From assembly GCA_013696745.1 (NCBI GenBank), contig JACCXZ010000133.1, forward strand, positions 1 through 60,016: a stretch of 60,016 nucleotides of DNA, read 5' to 3'. Both the position numbers and the translations under genes were made by a program. Below are positions 22,156-32,140 of this stretch, piece by piece (positions within the stretch are counted from its first letter, which is position 1; every line of letters begins with the position of its first letter). The notes under the pieces were generated by a model that saw nothing but the letters and a program-made list of their open reading frames with translations, searched no databases and had not been told where the DNA came from. The stretch is from Nocardioidaceae bacterium. Its GTDB lineage: Bacteria; Actinomycetota; Actinomycetes; Propionibacteriales; Nocardioidaceae.

Positions 22156-23649
22156 TCAGCCGGTGCTCTTGCCAGTCGTGTGCGCCAGCACCGCCACGGC
22201 GAACGCGTCTCCACGGGCGCCGTAGTCGGTGAACATGTCCTGGGACGCGCAGCCGGGCGCGAGCAGCACGGTGTCGCCCTCACGGGCCACCCCGGCGGCG
22301 GCGTCGACGACGCGGACCATGACGGATTCACCGTCACTCGTCGGTGCTTGCCCTTCATCCTCGCCTGCCGACACCTCGATGACGGGCACATCCGGTGCGT
22401 GTCGCAGGAGGGCAGCGGCGATGAGACCCCGGTCACGTCCGATCAGCACGACAGCTCGCAGCCGGTCCGCGGTGGCCTGCACCACAGCGTCGAACTCGGC
22501 GCCCTTCGCGAGGCCTCCCGCGATCCACACGACCGGGTCGTAGCTGAGCAGCGAGGCGGTGGCCGCATGCGTGTTGGTCGCCTTGGAGTCGTCGACCCAG
22601 CGAACACCGTCGGAGTGTGCGACCTCGGCGATCCGGTGAGCGTCCAGGCGGAAGCCGCGAAGCCCGTCACGTACGGCCCGCTGGTCCACGCCGTGCGCCC
22701 GGGCCAGGGCCGCGGCTGCGAGCGCGTTGCCCACGTTGTGCGGCACGGGTGGGTGGACGTCGGCCACCGAGCCCAGCTCAGCAGTGCTGGCCTGTCGGTC
22801 GGTCACGAACGCGCGGTCGACGAGCAGATCCTCCACGACACCGACCATCCCGACCGTCGGGGCACCGAGGGTGAAGCCGATGGCCCGGCAACCCTCGACG
22901 ACCTCGGCGGCACGGACCAGTCGTTCGGTGAGTGGATCGGCGACGTTGTACACGCAGGCGATCCTGGTGCGCTCGTAGATCCGCGCCTTGTCCGCCGCGT
23001 AGGCCTCCATCGAGCCGTCGTACCAGTCGAGGTGGTCCGCGGCGACGTTGAGGACGACGCTGGCCTGCGGCGAGAGGGAGTGGGTCCAGTGCAGCTGGAA
23101 GCTGGACAGCTCGACCGCGAGCACGTCGTGCCCCTCCGGATCCATTACCGCCTGGGTGACCGGGGTCCCGACGTTGCCGACCGCGGCGCTGCGCAGGCCG
23201 GCGGAGCGCAGGATGGCAGCCAGCATCTGCGTCGTGGTCGTCTTGCCGTTGCTGCCGGTGACGCACAGCCAGGGGGCGGGGTCGGTCCCCCGCAACCGCC
23301 AGGCAAGCTCGACCTCGCCCCAGACCGGTACGCCGCCCGACGCCGCCTGGACGAGCAGCGGGGTGCGCGGCGACCATCCCGGGGACGTCACCACCAGGTC
23401 TGTGCCGGCGGGCAGCAGGGTCGTGGACCCGGGGCCGAGGCGGATGTCCGCGCCGAGCACCGAGAGGACGGCGGCCTGCTCCTGCAGCCCCTCGGTGCGC
23501 CGGTCGTCCAGCACCGTCACCCGGGCGCCGAGCTGGACCAGCGCGTCAGCTGCGGCGTACCCCGAGACTCCGAAACCGGCGACGACGGCGTGCACATGGT
23601 CCCAGGTGTCGCGCCGCCCGAGCACCTGCAGGTCGAGACGTCGGTTCAC
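22156..23649 (-). CDS. murD: UDP-N-acetylmuramoylalanine--D-glutamate ligase
   Basis: The GTG at 23649 overlaps the mraY stop (GTGA). Contains VAGFGVSG and GSNGKTTTT motifs. Confidence 0.94.
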   Translation of the reverse strand: MNRRLDLQVLGRRDTWDHVHAVVAGFGVSGYAAADALVQLGARVTVLDDRRTEGLQEQAAVLSVLGADIRLGPGSTTLLPAGTDLVVTSPGWSPRTPLLVQAASGGVPVWGEVELAWRLRGTDPAPWLCVTGSNGKTTTTQMLAAILRSAGLRSAAVGNVGTPVTQAVMDPEGHDVLAVELSSFQLHWTHSLSPQASVVLNVAADHLDWYDGSMEAYAADKARIYERTRIACVYNVADPLTERLVRAAEVVEGCRAIGFTLGAPTVGMVGVVEDLLVDRAFVTDRQASTAELGSVADVHPPVPHNVGNALAAAALARAHGVDQRAVRDGLRGFRLDAHRIAEVAHSDGVRWVDDSKATNTHAATASLLSYDPVVWIAGGLAKGAEFDAVVQATADRLRAVVLIGRDRGLIAAALLRHAPDVPVIEVSAGEDEGQAPTSDGESVMVRVVDAAAGVAREGDTVLLAPGCASQDMFTDYGARGDAFAVAVLAHTTGKSTG

Positions 23650-24710
23650 ACCCCGGCCACCCACTCGGCGTAGAAGATGCCCATGCCGGCTGCCACGGAC
23701 AGCCCGGCGATGATCCAGAACCGGATCACGATCGTGACCTCGGCCCATCCCTTCAGCTCGAAGTGGTGCTGCAGCGGTGCCATGCGGAACAGACGTTTGC
23801 CGTTGCTGAGCTTGAACCAGCCAACCTGCAGCACCACCGACATCGTGATGATGACGAACAGCCCACCGATGATCAGCAGCAGTCCTTCGGTGCGGGTCAT
23901 GATGGCCAGCCCGGCCAGCGCACCACCGAGGCTCAACGAACCGGTGTCACCCATGAAGATCTTCGCGGGGGCGGCATTCCACCACAAGAAGCCGAAGCAG
24001 GCGCCGGTCAGGGCGGCAGCGACGACCGCGAGGTCGAGCGGGTCCGAGACCTCGTAGCACTTGCCCCCGGGGACCGTCCCGCACGCCTGGTTGTTCTGCC
24101 AGATGCTGATGAGGACGTACGCCCCGAAGACCATCACCGAGGCACCCGTGGCGAGGCCGTCGAGCCCGTCGGTGAGATTCACCCCGTTACTGGTGCCGGC
24201 GATGATCACCAGGACCCAGACGATGATCAGGACCACCGGCAGCTGCCAGTCATTGATGTCGCGGATGAACGACACCCCCCGCGACATCGGGGTGCGCCCG
24301 TTGTCGTCGGGGAACTGCAGTGCCAGCAGCGCGAACAGCAGTGCGACGATGGTCTGGCCGGCGACCTTGGCCTTGGTGCGCAGGCCGAGGCTGCGCTGCT
24401 TGGACACCTTGATGTAGTCGTCCAGGAAGCCCACCAGGCCCAGCCCGACGAACAAGAACAACAGCAGCATCGCTGACGGCGACGGCGCCGACTGGGTCAC
24501 CAGCTTGGCCAGGGCGTAGCCCACGACCACCGCGATGATGATGACGAGCCCGCCCATGGTGGGCGTGCCGCGCTTGGTGTGGTGCGATGTGGGGCCGTCG
24601 TCACGGATCAGCTGGCCGTATCCCTTCTTGACCAGCACGGCGATCGCCAGCCTCGTCCCGAGCAGCGTGCCGAGCAGCGCGAAACTGCCGGCGAGCAGGA
24701 TGGCCCTCAT
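23646..24710 (-). CDS. mraY: Phospho-N-acetylmuramoyl-pentapeptide transferase
   Basis: 354-aa polytopic protein with [10 protein letters not shown] and MGDTGSL motifs. Confidence 0.97.
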   Translation of the reverse strand: MRAILLAGSFALLGTLLGTRLAIAVLVKKGYGQLIRDDGPTSHHTKRGTPTMGGLVIIIAVVVGYALAKLVTQSAPSPSAMLLLFLFVGLGLVGFLDDYIKVSKQRSLGLRTKAKVAGQTIVALLFALLALQFPDDNGRTPMSRGVSFIRDINDWQLPVVLIIVWVLVIIAGTSNGVNLTDGLDGLATGASVMVFGAYVLISIWQNNQACGTVPGGKCYEVSDPLDLAVVAAALTGACFGFLWWNAAPAKIFMGDTGSLSLGGALAGLAIMTRTEGLLLIIGGLFVIITMSVVLQVGWFKLSNGKRLFRMAPLQHHFELKGWAEVTIVIRFWIIAGLSVAAGMGIFYAEWVAGV

Positions 24711-26122
24711 GAATCCACCGTCGGGGACACCAGTGCCGTGGCGACTCGCTCCAGCCCTTCGGACCGTGACGCCTTGACCAGCACGACGTCCCCGGCGCCC
24801 ACGCGTTCGGGCGCACCACGCAGCAACGCCACGGCGGCGTCGGCGTCGGGCACCAGGGTCGACCGGCCCGACCAGCCACCGGACGCGGCGACGGCCAGTG
24901 CGCCGGTGTGCAGCGGACGTGCCTCCTCCCCCACGACCACCAGCTCGCTGACGCCGAGCTCAGCGGCCAGTCGACCGAGGGATGCGTGCTCCTCGTCGGA
25001 GCTGGCGCCCAGCTCGCGCATCACGCCGAGCACCGCGACGCTACGTGCCCCGGCTCGGCCCGAAGCCACGCGCACGAGTGTGTCGAGGGCGGCACGCATG
25101 GAGTCCGGGTTGGCGTTGTAAGCGTCGTTGAGGACGAGCAGGCCGTCCGCACGCTCCTGCGGCTGCATGCGCCACCGCGAGGTCACGACCGCGTCGCACA
25201 GGGCTCTGGCCACGTGGTCGAGATCGAACCCGAGGCCCAGGGCTACCGCCGCAGCGGCCGCAGCGTTGGACGCCGCATGCACACCGAGGGAGTGCAACCT
25301 GACTTCGGCGGTGCGCCCGGCATGCACCAGGTCGAAAGCCGGACGGCCGGTGGAGTCGGTCGTGAGCCCATGCACCCGTACGTCGGCGGACCTGGCGAGT
25401 CCGAAGGTCAGCGGCCTGGCCGACGTGCATGCGGCCATCGCCAGCACCAACGGATCGTCCGCGTTCAGCACGGCCAAGCCGTCGACCGGCAGGCTCTCGA
25501 CCAGCTCGGCCTTGGCCCGGGCGATCTGCTCGCGGCTGCCGAACTCGCCCAGGTGGGCGACTCCCACGTTGAGCACCACACCCACCTGGGGTGCGGTGAT
25601 GTCGCACAAGTGACGGATGTGACCCAGACCGCGGGCGCCCAGCTCCAGGACGAGGTGCGCGGTGGACTCGTCGGCGCGCAGCACCGTCAGTGGTACTCCG
25701 ATCTCGTTGTTGAAGTTGCCCACGGTCGCCACGGTCGGACCGGCCACGGGCAGGATCTGGGCAAGGAGGTCCTTGGCGCTCGTCTTGCCCTGCGACCCGG
25801 TGATCCCGACGACACGTGTCGTCGCGAGGTGGCCCCGGACATGGCGTGCGAGTTGACCGAGCGCCACGATCGGGTCGGCCACCACGACGGAGGGGACACC
25901 GACCGGGCGCTGGGCCAGCACGGCCGCGGCTCCCGCCGCCACCGCTGGCGCCGCGAAGTCGTGCCCGTCCAGGTGCTCACCGGGAACCGCCACGAACAGG
26001 CCCTGCGCCTCGAGCAGGCGCGAGTCGACGCTGGCAGCGCCACGCACGACCGCCGAAGCCTCGGCATCGTGCACGACGCCCGCCGTCACCAGGGCGATCT
26101 CCTCCAGGCTCATCTCGATCAT
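24707..26122 (-). CDS. murF: UDP-MurNAc-tripeptide--D-alanyl-D-alanine ligase
   Basis: 471 aa with the [10 protein letters not shown] motif, in the conserved position. Confidence 0.95.
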   Translation of the reverse strand: MIEMSLEEIALVTAGVVHDAEASAVVRGAASVDSRLLEAQGLFVAVPGEHLDGHDFAAPAVAAGAAAVLAQRPVGVPSVVVADPIVALGQLARHVRGHLATTRVVGITGSQGKTSAKDLLAQILPVAGPTVATVGNFNNEIGVPLTVLRADESTAHLVLELGARGLGHIRHLCDITAPQVGVVLNVGVAHLGEFGSREQIARAKAELVESLPVDGLAVLNADDPLVLAMAACTSARPLTFGLARSADVRVHGLTTDSTGRPAFDLVHAGRTAEVRLHSLGVHAASNAAAAAAVALGLGFDLDHVARALCDAVVTSRWRMQPQERADGLLVLNDAYNANPDSMRAALDTLVRVASGRAGARSVAVLGVMRELGASSDEEHASLGRLAAELGVSELVVVGEEARPLHTGALAVAASGGWSGRSTLVPDADAAVALLRGAPERVGAGDVVLVKASRSEGLERVATALVSPTVDS

Positions 26123-27702
26123 GACGACTCCCGGGGATGCTCGAGCAACTGCCGCACCACGACCCGGTCGTCGAACGTGTACACGGTGCCCTGCACGTCC
26201 TGCACGGACTCGTGCCCCTTGCCCGCGACGACCACGCAGTCACCACACCCGGCGTCGGCCAGCGCGTGGGCGATCGCAGCGCGCCGGTCGCCGACCTCCA
26301 CCAGCTCGGCCGTCCCGCCGCTGCTTCGTGCGCCGCCGAGCACCTCCGCGCGGATGCTGGCCGGCTCCTCCGTGCGCGGGTTGTCGTCGGTGACGACGAC
26401 GCGGTCGGCGAGCCGGGAAGCCACTGCGCCCATGAGCGCCCGCTTGCCGGGGTCGCGATCTCCTCCGGCGCCGAGGACGATGGTCAGCCGGCCCGGCGTG
26501 GTCGGACGCAGCGCCTGCAGCACGGCCTGGACCGCATCCGGCTTGTGGGCATAGTCGACGACCACCCGGCAGGCCTGACCCGCGTCGACCTGCTCCATGC
26601 GCCCGGGCACGACCGGGCTCGCAGCGATGCCGACGAGGACCTCCGACAACGGTTGACCGGCCCGCACCAGCGCCACGATCGCGGCCAGCGCGTTGGACAC
26701 GTTGAAGGCTCCGGGCAACGGGACCTGCACGGTCCCACGCTGTCCGTTCGGGCCGATCAGCGTGAACCGGGAACCGGCTGCGGTGGCCTGCACGTCCAGG
26801 GCGCACCAGTCGGCGCTGTGCTGACCGTGCGCCGAGATCGTCGTCACCTCGAGCTCGGTCAGCTCCACCAGTCGACGACCGTACGGGTCATCGACGTCGA
26901 TGACCGCCTGCTTGGCTCTCGCGGGGGTGAACAGGGAGGCTTTGGCGCCGAAGTAGTCCTCGAGGTCGGTGTGGAAGTCGAGATGGTCGCGACCGAGGTT
27001 CAAGAAGACGGCGACGTCGAAGACCAGCCCGTCGACACGGCCCTGCACCAATGCGTGGCTGGACACCTCCATCGCGCACCTGGTCACCCCGTGGTCGGCC
27101 ATGACACCGAACAAGGCGTGCAGGTCAGGGGCCTCGGGGGTGGTCAACGCCGAGTGGACGGGCCGGCCGTCGATCCGGGTGCCGGTGGTCCCGATCACCG
27201 CAGACGGCTCGCCGGAGGGCTTGAGGCCCGCCTCGAGGAGGTACGTGACAGTCGTCTTGCCCTGCGTGCCGGTCACACCGATCGTGGACACCCTGGCCGC
27301 AGGGTCGGCATAGACGAGGCGGGCGAGGTCACCCAGCACGCCGCGCGGACGCTCGTGCACCAGGACGGGACGGCCGGTCGCAGCGCAGTCGGGCGCACCG
27401 GCGGCGTCGGTGATCAACGCGGCCGCGCCGGCCTGCACGGCCTGGGCCGCGAAGCGCGCACCGTGGGTACGAGCGCCCGGCAGCGCGGCGTACAGGTCAC
27501 CGGGCTGCACCGACCGGGTGGCCAGCGTCAACCCGGTGACCACGCTCGCGGACGGGTCCGCACCGAGCAGCTGGGCGTCGACCGCGTCGGCGATCCGCCT
27601 GACCGGGACGGGGGCTACTCGCCGCGGCCGGATGGCAACGTCGCCGCCTACGGGACCGCTGCCGGCGGCGCCGCCACCCCCGGTGCTGGTTTCGTGAGAC
27701 AC
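26119..27702 (-). CDS. murE: UDP-MurNAc-L-Ala-D-Glu--2,6-diaminopimelate ligase
   Basis: 527 aa with GVTGTQGKTT and DDNPRTE motifs. GTG start. Confidence 0.95.
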   Translation of the reverse strand: MSHETSTGGGGAAGSGPVGGDVAIRPRRVAPVPVRRIADAVDAQLLGADPSASVVTGLTLATRSVQPGDLYAALPGARTHGARFAAQAVQAGAAALITDAAGAPDCAATGRPVLVHERPRGVLGDLARLVYADPAARVSTIGVTGTQGKTTVTYLLEAGLKPSGEPSAVIGTTGTRIDGRPVHSALTTPEAPDLHALFGVMADHGVTRCAMEVSSHALVQGRVDGLVFDVAVFLNLGRDHLDFHTDLEDYFGAKASLFTPARAKQAVIDVDDPYGRRLVELTELEVTTISAHGQHSADWCALDVQATAAGSRFTLIGPNGQRGTVQVPLPGAFNVSNALAAIVALVRAGQPLSEVLVGIAASPVVPGRMEQVDAGQACRVVVDYAHKPDAVQAVLQALRPTTPGRLTIVLGAGGDRDPGKRALMGAVASRLADRVVVTDDNPRTEEPASIRAEVLGGARSSGGTAELVEVGDRRAAIAHALADAGCGDCVVVAGKGHESVQDVQGTVYTFDDRVVVRQLLEHPRESS

Positions 27703-27719
27703 CGGGCGAGGCTACCGGG

Positions 27720-29507
27720 TCACCACGACAGGGGGACGCGCTCGTAGCGGGCACCGGTCGGTGGGATGCTGTAACGCTGTAGCACTGTGCTCATGATGTC
27801 GCGGAAGACCGGACCGGCGCCACTGCCACCGCCGCTGCCGTCCTGCGGATTGTCGATCACGACGTAGGTGACGAACCGCGGGTCGTCGGCCGGCGCGAAA
27901 CCGGCGTAGGAAACCGTGGCACCGGAGGCGTAGTAGCCCCCGTCGGGGTTCGCGCGCTGCGACGTACCCGTCTTGGCGGCCACCAGGTAATCCGGGATGG
28001 CGCCCTGCGGGCCGGTGCCGCCTCTCTCGGTGACGGCGGTCATCATCGCGGCCACGTCGCGCGCGGCCTGCTCGCTGACTGCCCGGTGTCGCTCGGGAGC
28101 CGGCGCCGGCTCGAACGTGCCGTCCTGGTGGCGCATGCCGGAGACCAGCTGTGGCGCGATGTACTCGCCGTCATTGGCGATGGCGGCGACGGCGGCAGTC
28201 ATCTGCAGCGCAGTCACGGACAGTCCCTGACCGAAGGTCACCGTCGCGCGCTTGGCGTCGGTCCACGTCTGCGGGTCGGCCAGGATCCCGCCGGACTCAC
28301 CGGGCAGGCCGACCCCGGTCGGCTCACCGAGACCGAACGAGCGCAGGTACCCCGCGAGCTGCTCGTCCGCCATCCGTTCCGCCGCCACGATCGTGCCGAG
28401 GTTCGAGGACAGGGCCAACGCCCCGGTCGCCGTCATCCGGGCCTTTTCGGTGCGGTCGTCGTAGTCGCGGATGTCGAAACCGTCCTTCTCGATGACACCA
28501 GGCACCACCAGCCTGGTCGTCGGCAGGACCAGACCTGCGTCCAGGAGGGCCGCGAAGGTGAGGATCTTCTGCACGCTGCCGGGCTCGTAAACATCTTGCA
28601 GGCCCCGGTTGCGCACTCTGTCGAGATCGAGGTCCGACAGCTGGTTCGGGTCGAAGCTGGGGACCTGGGAGAACTGGTAGATCTCCCCGGTGCGTGCGTC
28701 GACCGTGATGGCGACGCCCCACTCCGCGTCGCTGGCGCGTACCTGAACCGCCAGTCGGCGATTTGCGTACCACTGCAGGTCACGGTCGATCGTGGTGACC
28801 AGGGTGGTGCCGTCCTGCGGCTCGGTGACTGTCCTGTCCGCCATCGGGATGTACTCACCGGACGGCGCCGTGACGTACGTCGCCTCGCCGTCGGTCCCTT
28901 GCAGGATCGCGTTGAACTCCTGCTCCAGACCTGAGCCACCCTCGCCTTCGGCGTTGACGACGCCCACCAGGTTGGCCGCGACATCGGTCTCGGGGTACGT
29001 CCGCAGCGGGTCACGCTCCTGCAGCACGCCGCTGAGCCCTTCGGCGGCGAGCCGGTCGTAGACCTGCTCCGCCTTCCAGGTGGGGATCCGGCGGGCGAGG
29101 TAGACGAAACGGGTGTCGGGCGTGCGCAGCTTGTCCACCGTGCTGAAGTAGTCGAGCCCGAGCTCATCGGACAGGACGGCCGCGATGCTCGGGGCCGTGG
29201 AGACCGTGAGCGACGGGTCGGCGGTGATCGCCACGGCGTCGATCGAGGACGCAAGCTCGGCACCGTCGCGGTCCAGTATCTGTCCGCGGGCCGCGTGCAG
29301 GGTGACGCTGCGGGTGCCCTCGGCCTGTGCCATCGAGGCGTACGCGTTGGCGTCGACGCCCTGCAGCTGGAACAACCGGGCCGCGAACAGCGACATGACG
29401 AAGGCGATGACGAGCAGGAAGATTCGCAACCTGAACTGCGTGCGCCGCAGCCGCAACGCGCCGTGGGCCCCGTGACGTCCGCGCGCTGCGCTGGAGCCCG
29501 CCATCAA
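27720..29507 (-). CDS. ftsI: Division-specific class B penicillin-binding protein (FtsI/PbpB)
   Basis: 595 aa with an N-terminal TM segment, a dimerisation domain and transpeptidase motifs (SVQK-type SxxK, SSN, KTGT). Confidence 0.92.
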   Translation of the reverse strand: MMAGSSAARGRHGAHGALRLRRTQFRLRIFLLVIAFVMSLFAARLFQLQGVDANAYASMAQAEGTRSVTLHAARGQILDRDGAELASSIDAVAITADPSLTVSTAPSIAAVLSDELGLDYFSTVDKLRTPDTRFVYLARRIPTWKAEQVYDRLAAEGLSGVLQERDPLRTYPETDVAANLVGVVNAEGEGGSGLEQEFNAILQGTDGEATYVTAPSGEYIPMADRTVTEPQDGTTLVTTIDRDLQWYANRRLAVQVRASDAEWGVAITVDARTGEIYQFSQVPSFDPNQLSDLDLDRVRNRGLQDVYEPGSVQKILTFAALLDAGLVLPTTRLVVPGVIEKDGFDIRDYDDRTEKARMTATGALALSSNLGTIVAAERMADEQLAGYLRSFGLGEPTGVGLPGESGGILADPQTWTDAKRATVTFGQGLSVTALQMTAAVAAIANDGEYIAPQLVSGMRHQDGTFEPAPAPERHRAVSEQAARDVAAMMTAVTERGGTGPQGAIPDYLVAAKTGTSQRANPDGGYYASGATVSYAGFAPADDPRFVTYVVIDNPQDGSGGGSGAGPVFRDIMSTVLQRYSIPPTGARYERVPLSW

Positions 29508-30046
29508 TCGCCCCTCCGCCTAGCCGATGACTCAGTCTGACCCCTGAGCGGGCTCTGGCCCGTCCCGCCGAGCGGCGTGTCGGACCCGGTGGCCGGGACG
29601 TTGCGGGAGCCGCTGGACTCCGGACCACCCAGGCCCGGCAACGTCTGACCCGCGAGGGCGGGGACGGGCTCACCGATGATCGATCCGTCAGACAGGTCGA
29701 GGAACACCGGGTTGGTGCTGGGCACCATGCCGTGCCCGGTCGCCCGACGGGCGAGCTTCTGGGTGCTCTGGACGCGCTCCAGCTGCTGGTCGAGGGCTTG
29801 CTGATGGACCTTCAGCTCATCTGTGCGCGCCTGCAGGCCGGCGAGCTCGAACGCGCCCTTCTGCATGGACAGGTTGAGCAGCAGCAGCCCGACCAGACCG
29901 GAGATCAGCAGCAACGCCAAGATCACGATGAACCCACTGCCGCGGCGGGCCGCGGAGCTGCCGACGACGATCTGCAGCTCGGGTGCGCGCGGAGGTATCG
30001 GACGAGTCGCTGCGGCCCGTGCCGCGCCGGAGCGCTGAGTGCTCAT
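29504..30046 (-). CDS. ftsL: FtsL-like septum formation protein
   Basis: 180 aa with a single TM (FIVILALLLISGLVGLLLL) followed by a coiled coil. Located between rsmH and ftsI. Confidence 0.65.
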   Translation of the reverse strand: MSTQRSGAARAAATRPIPPRAPELQIVVGSSAARRGSGFIVILALLLISGLVGLLLLNLSMQKGAFELAGLQARTDELKVHQQALDQQLERVQSTQKLARRATGHGMVPSTNPVFLDLSDGSIIGEPVPALAGQTLPGLGGPESSGSRNVPATGSDTPLGGTGQSPLRGQTESSARRRGD

Positions 30047-31011
30047 GCTGCCTCCCTGATCCGCTCCGCCGCCCGCAAGCGCACCGACCGCGCCCGCGGG
30101 TTGGCGGCGACCTCGTGCTCGTCGGCCTTTTGCGCCCCACGAGTCAGCGCCCGCAGCTCGGGCAGCAGGTGCTCCGGCACGACCGGCAGACCGGCGGGGA
30201 CCTCGATCTGTGTGTGCCGGGCGAGCTCTTGCTTGACCATGCGGTCCTCCAGCGAGTGGTACGACAGGGCCACCAGGCGCCCACCGAGAGCGATGGCCGA
30301 GACAGCTTGCGGAAGGGCGCGGCGCAACGCCGAGAGCTCGTCGTTGACCTCGATGCGCAACGCTTGGAAAGTGCGCTTGGCCGGGTGGCCACCGGTGCGC
30401 CGCGCCGCCGCCGGCACGGCGCCACGGATCAGCTCGACCAGCTGCGTGCTCGTCGTGAGCGGCGTCGTCTGCCGTGTCCGCACCACAGCGGCAGCGATAC
30501 GTCGCGCGAAGCGTTCCTCGCCGTACTGACGCAGGATGCGTGACAGCTCGTGCTCGTCGGCCTCCGCGAGCACGTCGGCGGCTGTCCGACCGACGGTGGG
30601 GTCCATCCGCATGTCGAGCGGGGCGTCGTGCGCGTAGGAGAACCCACGGTCGTGCTCGTCGAGCTGCATCGAGGAGACACCGAGGTCGAAGAGCACGGCA
30701 TCCACACGGGGGTGTCCGTGCTCGGCGAGGGTCTCCTGCATCCGGTCGTAGACGGTGTGCACGAAGGTGACCCTGGTGGCGAGATCCCCCAGGCTCGTTC
30801 GCGCCTCGAGCAGTGCGGCGGGGTCACGATCCAGGCCGATGACACGCACACTCGGACAGGTCTGCAGCACCGCTCGGGTGTGTCCTGCGCGACCGAGCGT
30901 CGCGTCCACCAGCACGGCGTCGGCGTGGTCGAGGACCGGTGCGAGGAGGTCGACGATGCGCTCGAGCAGTACCGGGACGTGGCGGACGGGCTGCTCGGGA
31001 GCGGTGGCCAT
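30043..31011 (-). CDS. rsmH: 16S rRNA (cytosine1402-N4)-methyltransferase
   Basis: Contains HVPVLLERIV, DATLGRAGH and FDLGVSSMQLD motifs. I prefer the ATG at 31011 (SD GAGGG) over the TTG at 31026. Confidence 0.95.
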   Translation of the reverse strand: MATAPEQPVRHVPVLLERIVDLLAPVLDHADAVLVDATLGRAGHTRAVLQTCPSVRVIGLDRDPAALLEARTSLGDLATRVTFVHTVYDRMQETLAEHGHPRVDAVLFDLGVSSMQLDEHDRGFSYAHDAPLDMRMDPTVGRTAADVLAEADEHELSRILRQYGEERFARRIAAAVVRTRQTTPLTTSTQLVELIRGAVPAAARRTGGHPAKRTFQALRIEVNDELSALRRALPQAVSAIALGGRLVALSYHSLEDRMVKQELARHTQIEVPAGLPVVPEHLLPELRALTRGAQKADEHEVAANPRARSVRLRAAERIREAA

Positions 31012-31022
31012 CTGGATGACCC

Positions 31023-31244
31023 TCAACCGGGGATCCGGGCGAGAACGGTGATCGTGAGCGCGATCAGCACAGCGGTCAGGAGCGAGAACACCATCACCGC
31101 GACGCCCTCCCGGACGTCGTCACGCACCCGCTTGCCGGCATAGCCGTGGGCGCCCGTACGTGGCGCCGGCTCGGGAAGCAGTCCGCGGGTGCGGCGCGCG
31201 GGTGCGGGCTCCTGAGCCCCTCTCGGGACGACACCGATGCTCAT
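31023..31244 (-). CDS. Hypothetical 73-aa protein with a C-terminal TM helix (between mraZ and rsmH)
   Basis: ATG preceded by AGGCAGGA. About 82 percent G/C at third codon positions by my count. C-terminal hydrophobic stretch VMVFSLLTAVLIALTITVLA. The stop lies inside the rsmH SD. No recognisable family. Confidence 0.4.
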   Translation of the reverse strand: MSIGVVPRGAQEPAPARRTRGLLPEPAPRTGAHGYAGKRVRDDVREGVAVMVFSLLTAVLIALTITVLARIPG

Positions 31245-31354
31245 CCGGTCCTGCCTTCGTCGTGGGTGCTGCTGGCGTGTGTTCGATCGCTGCGTCCAGG
31301 GCTCCCCCCGCTACCACGGGCATCTGGCACCGGGGAAGGTGTGCCAGAGGCGAC

Positions 31355-31370
31355 GTGGAGCGGAGTGGAG
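31355..31370 (+). promoter_or_regulatory. Pair of GTGGAG repeats at 10-nt spacing just downstream of mraZ (possible second MraZ site)
   Basis: GTGGAG-CGGA-GTGGAG on the plus strand, in the opposite orientation to the upstream operator. Only two repeats, so chance is possible. Confidence 0.3.
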
Positions 31371-31395
31371 ACCTCGCCGCACGAGCAGTCTGGAA

Positions 31396-31827
31396 TCAGG
31401 CGATTCCTTCGATCACCGCCTCGGACAGGGACGAGAAGGCGTCCTCCTTGTCTGCGCTGTAGCTCTCCCATGCAGCGGAGTCCCAGATCTCCACGCGGTC
31501 CATGGCCCCGATCACGACGACGTCTCGGGACAGGTTGGCGTACGTGCGCAGGATCGCCGGGATGGTGATGCGGCCCTGCTTGTCGGGCAGTTCGTCGGAG
31601 GCTCCCGAGAACAGCACGCGGATGAAGTCACGGGACGCCTTGTCGGTGAAGGGGGTGTGCGTGAACCGTGCGGTGAGCGCCTCGAAACCCGCTTTCGACC
31701 AGACGAACAGGCAGCGGTCCTGGCCACGTGTGATCACCAGACCTCCCTGCAGCGCGTCACGGAACTTCGCCGGGAGAAAGATGCGGCCCTTCTCGTCGAG
31801 CCGAGGCGTGTGCGTACCGAGAAACAC
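31396..31827 (-). CDS. mraZ: Transcriptional regulator MraZ
   Basis: 143 aa starting (GTG) FLGTHTPRLDEKGRIFLPAKFR, with a second SpoVT/AbrB-like repeat (DKQGRITIP). Confidence 0.96.
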   Translation of the reverse strand: MFLGTHTPRLDEKGRIFLPAKFRDALQGGLVITRGQDRCLFVWSKAGFEALTARFTHTPFTDKASRDFIRVLFSGASDELPDKQGRITIPAILRTYANLSRDVVVIGAMDRVEIWDSAAWESYSADKEDAFSSLSEAVIEGIA

Positions 31828-31842
31828 GCCGCATCACCCTCT

Positions 31843-31887
31843 CTCCTCCACTGTGCACCACTTTACTCCACCCAGGGTGCAGGTCAA
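31843..31887 (-). promoter_or_regulatory. mraZ promoter with three overlapping MraZ-box direct repeats
   Basis: The minus strand reads TTGACC-16nt-TAAAGT. GTGGAG-TAAA-GTGGTG-CACA-GTGGAG (10-nt periodicity, 31871..31846) overlaps the spacer, the -10 and the leader. Confidence 0.7.
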
Positions 31888-32140
31888 CGCGGAACCGGCC
31901 CGTGACACGACATTTCTGGGGCATCAGCCCGATGTAGGGTCACCCAAAGGTGCAGGTCAGCAGTGGTTTCAGTCATGCTCGATCCTTCGGTGGCGCAGAG
32001 TGGGGGACGCCGCACCCGTTGGGGAGTCGCCGGTCCGGTCCCGGGGCGAAGGTTCGCCACCGTTCTCCGAATCGAGCGTCGGCCTGACAGACTCGTGCTG
32101 ACCGTGAGGGGCGGTCGTCGACGAGCGCAGGAGGAAGTGC

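Noticed and set aside
21247-23673. 808-aa plus-strand ORF
   Set aside because: It is antisense to ftsW and murD and is a shadow ORF with no recognisable motifs.
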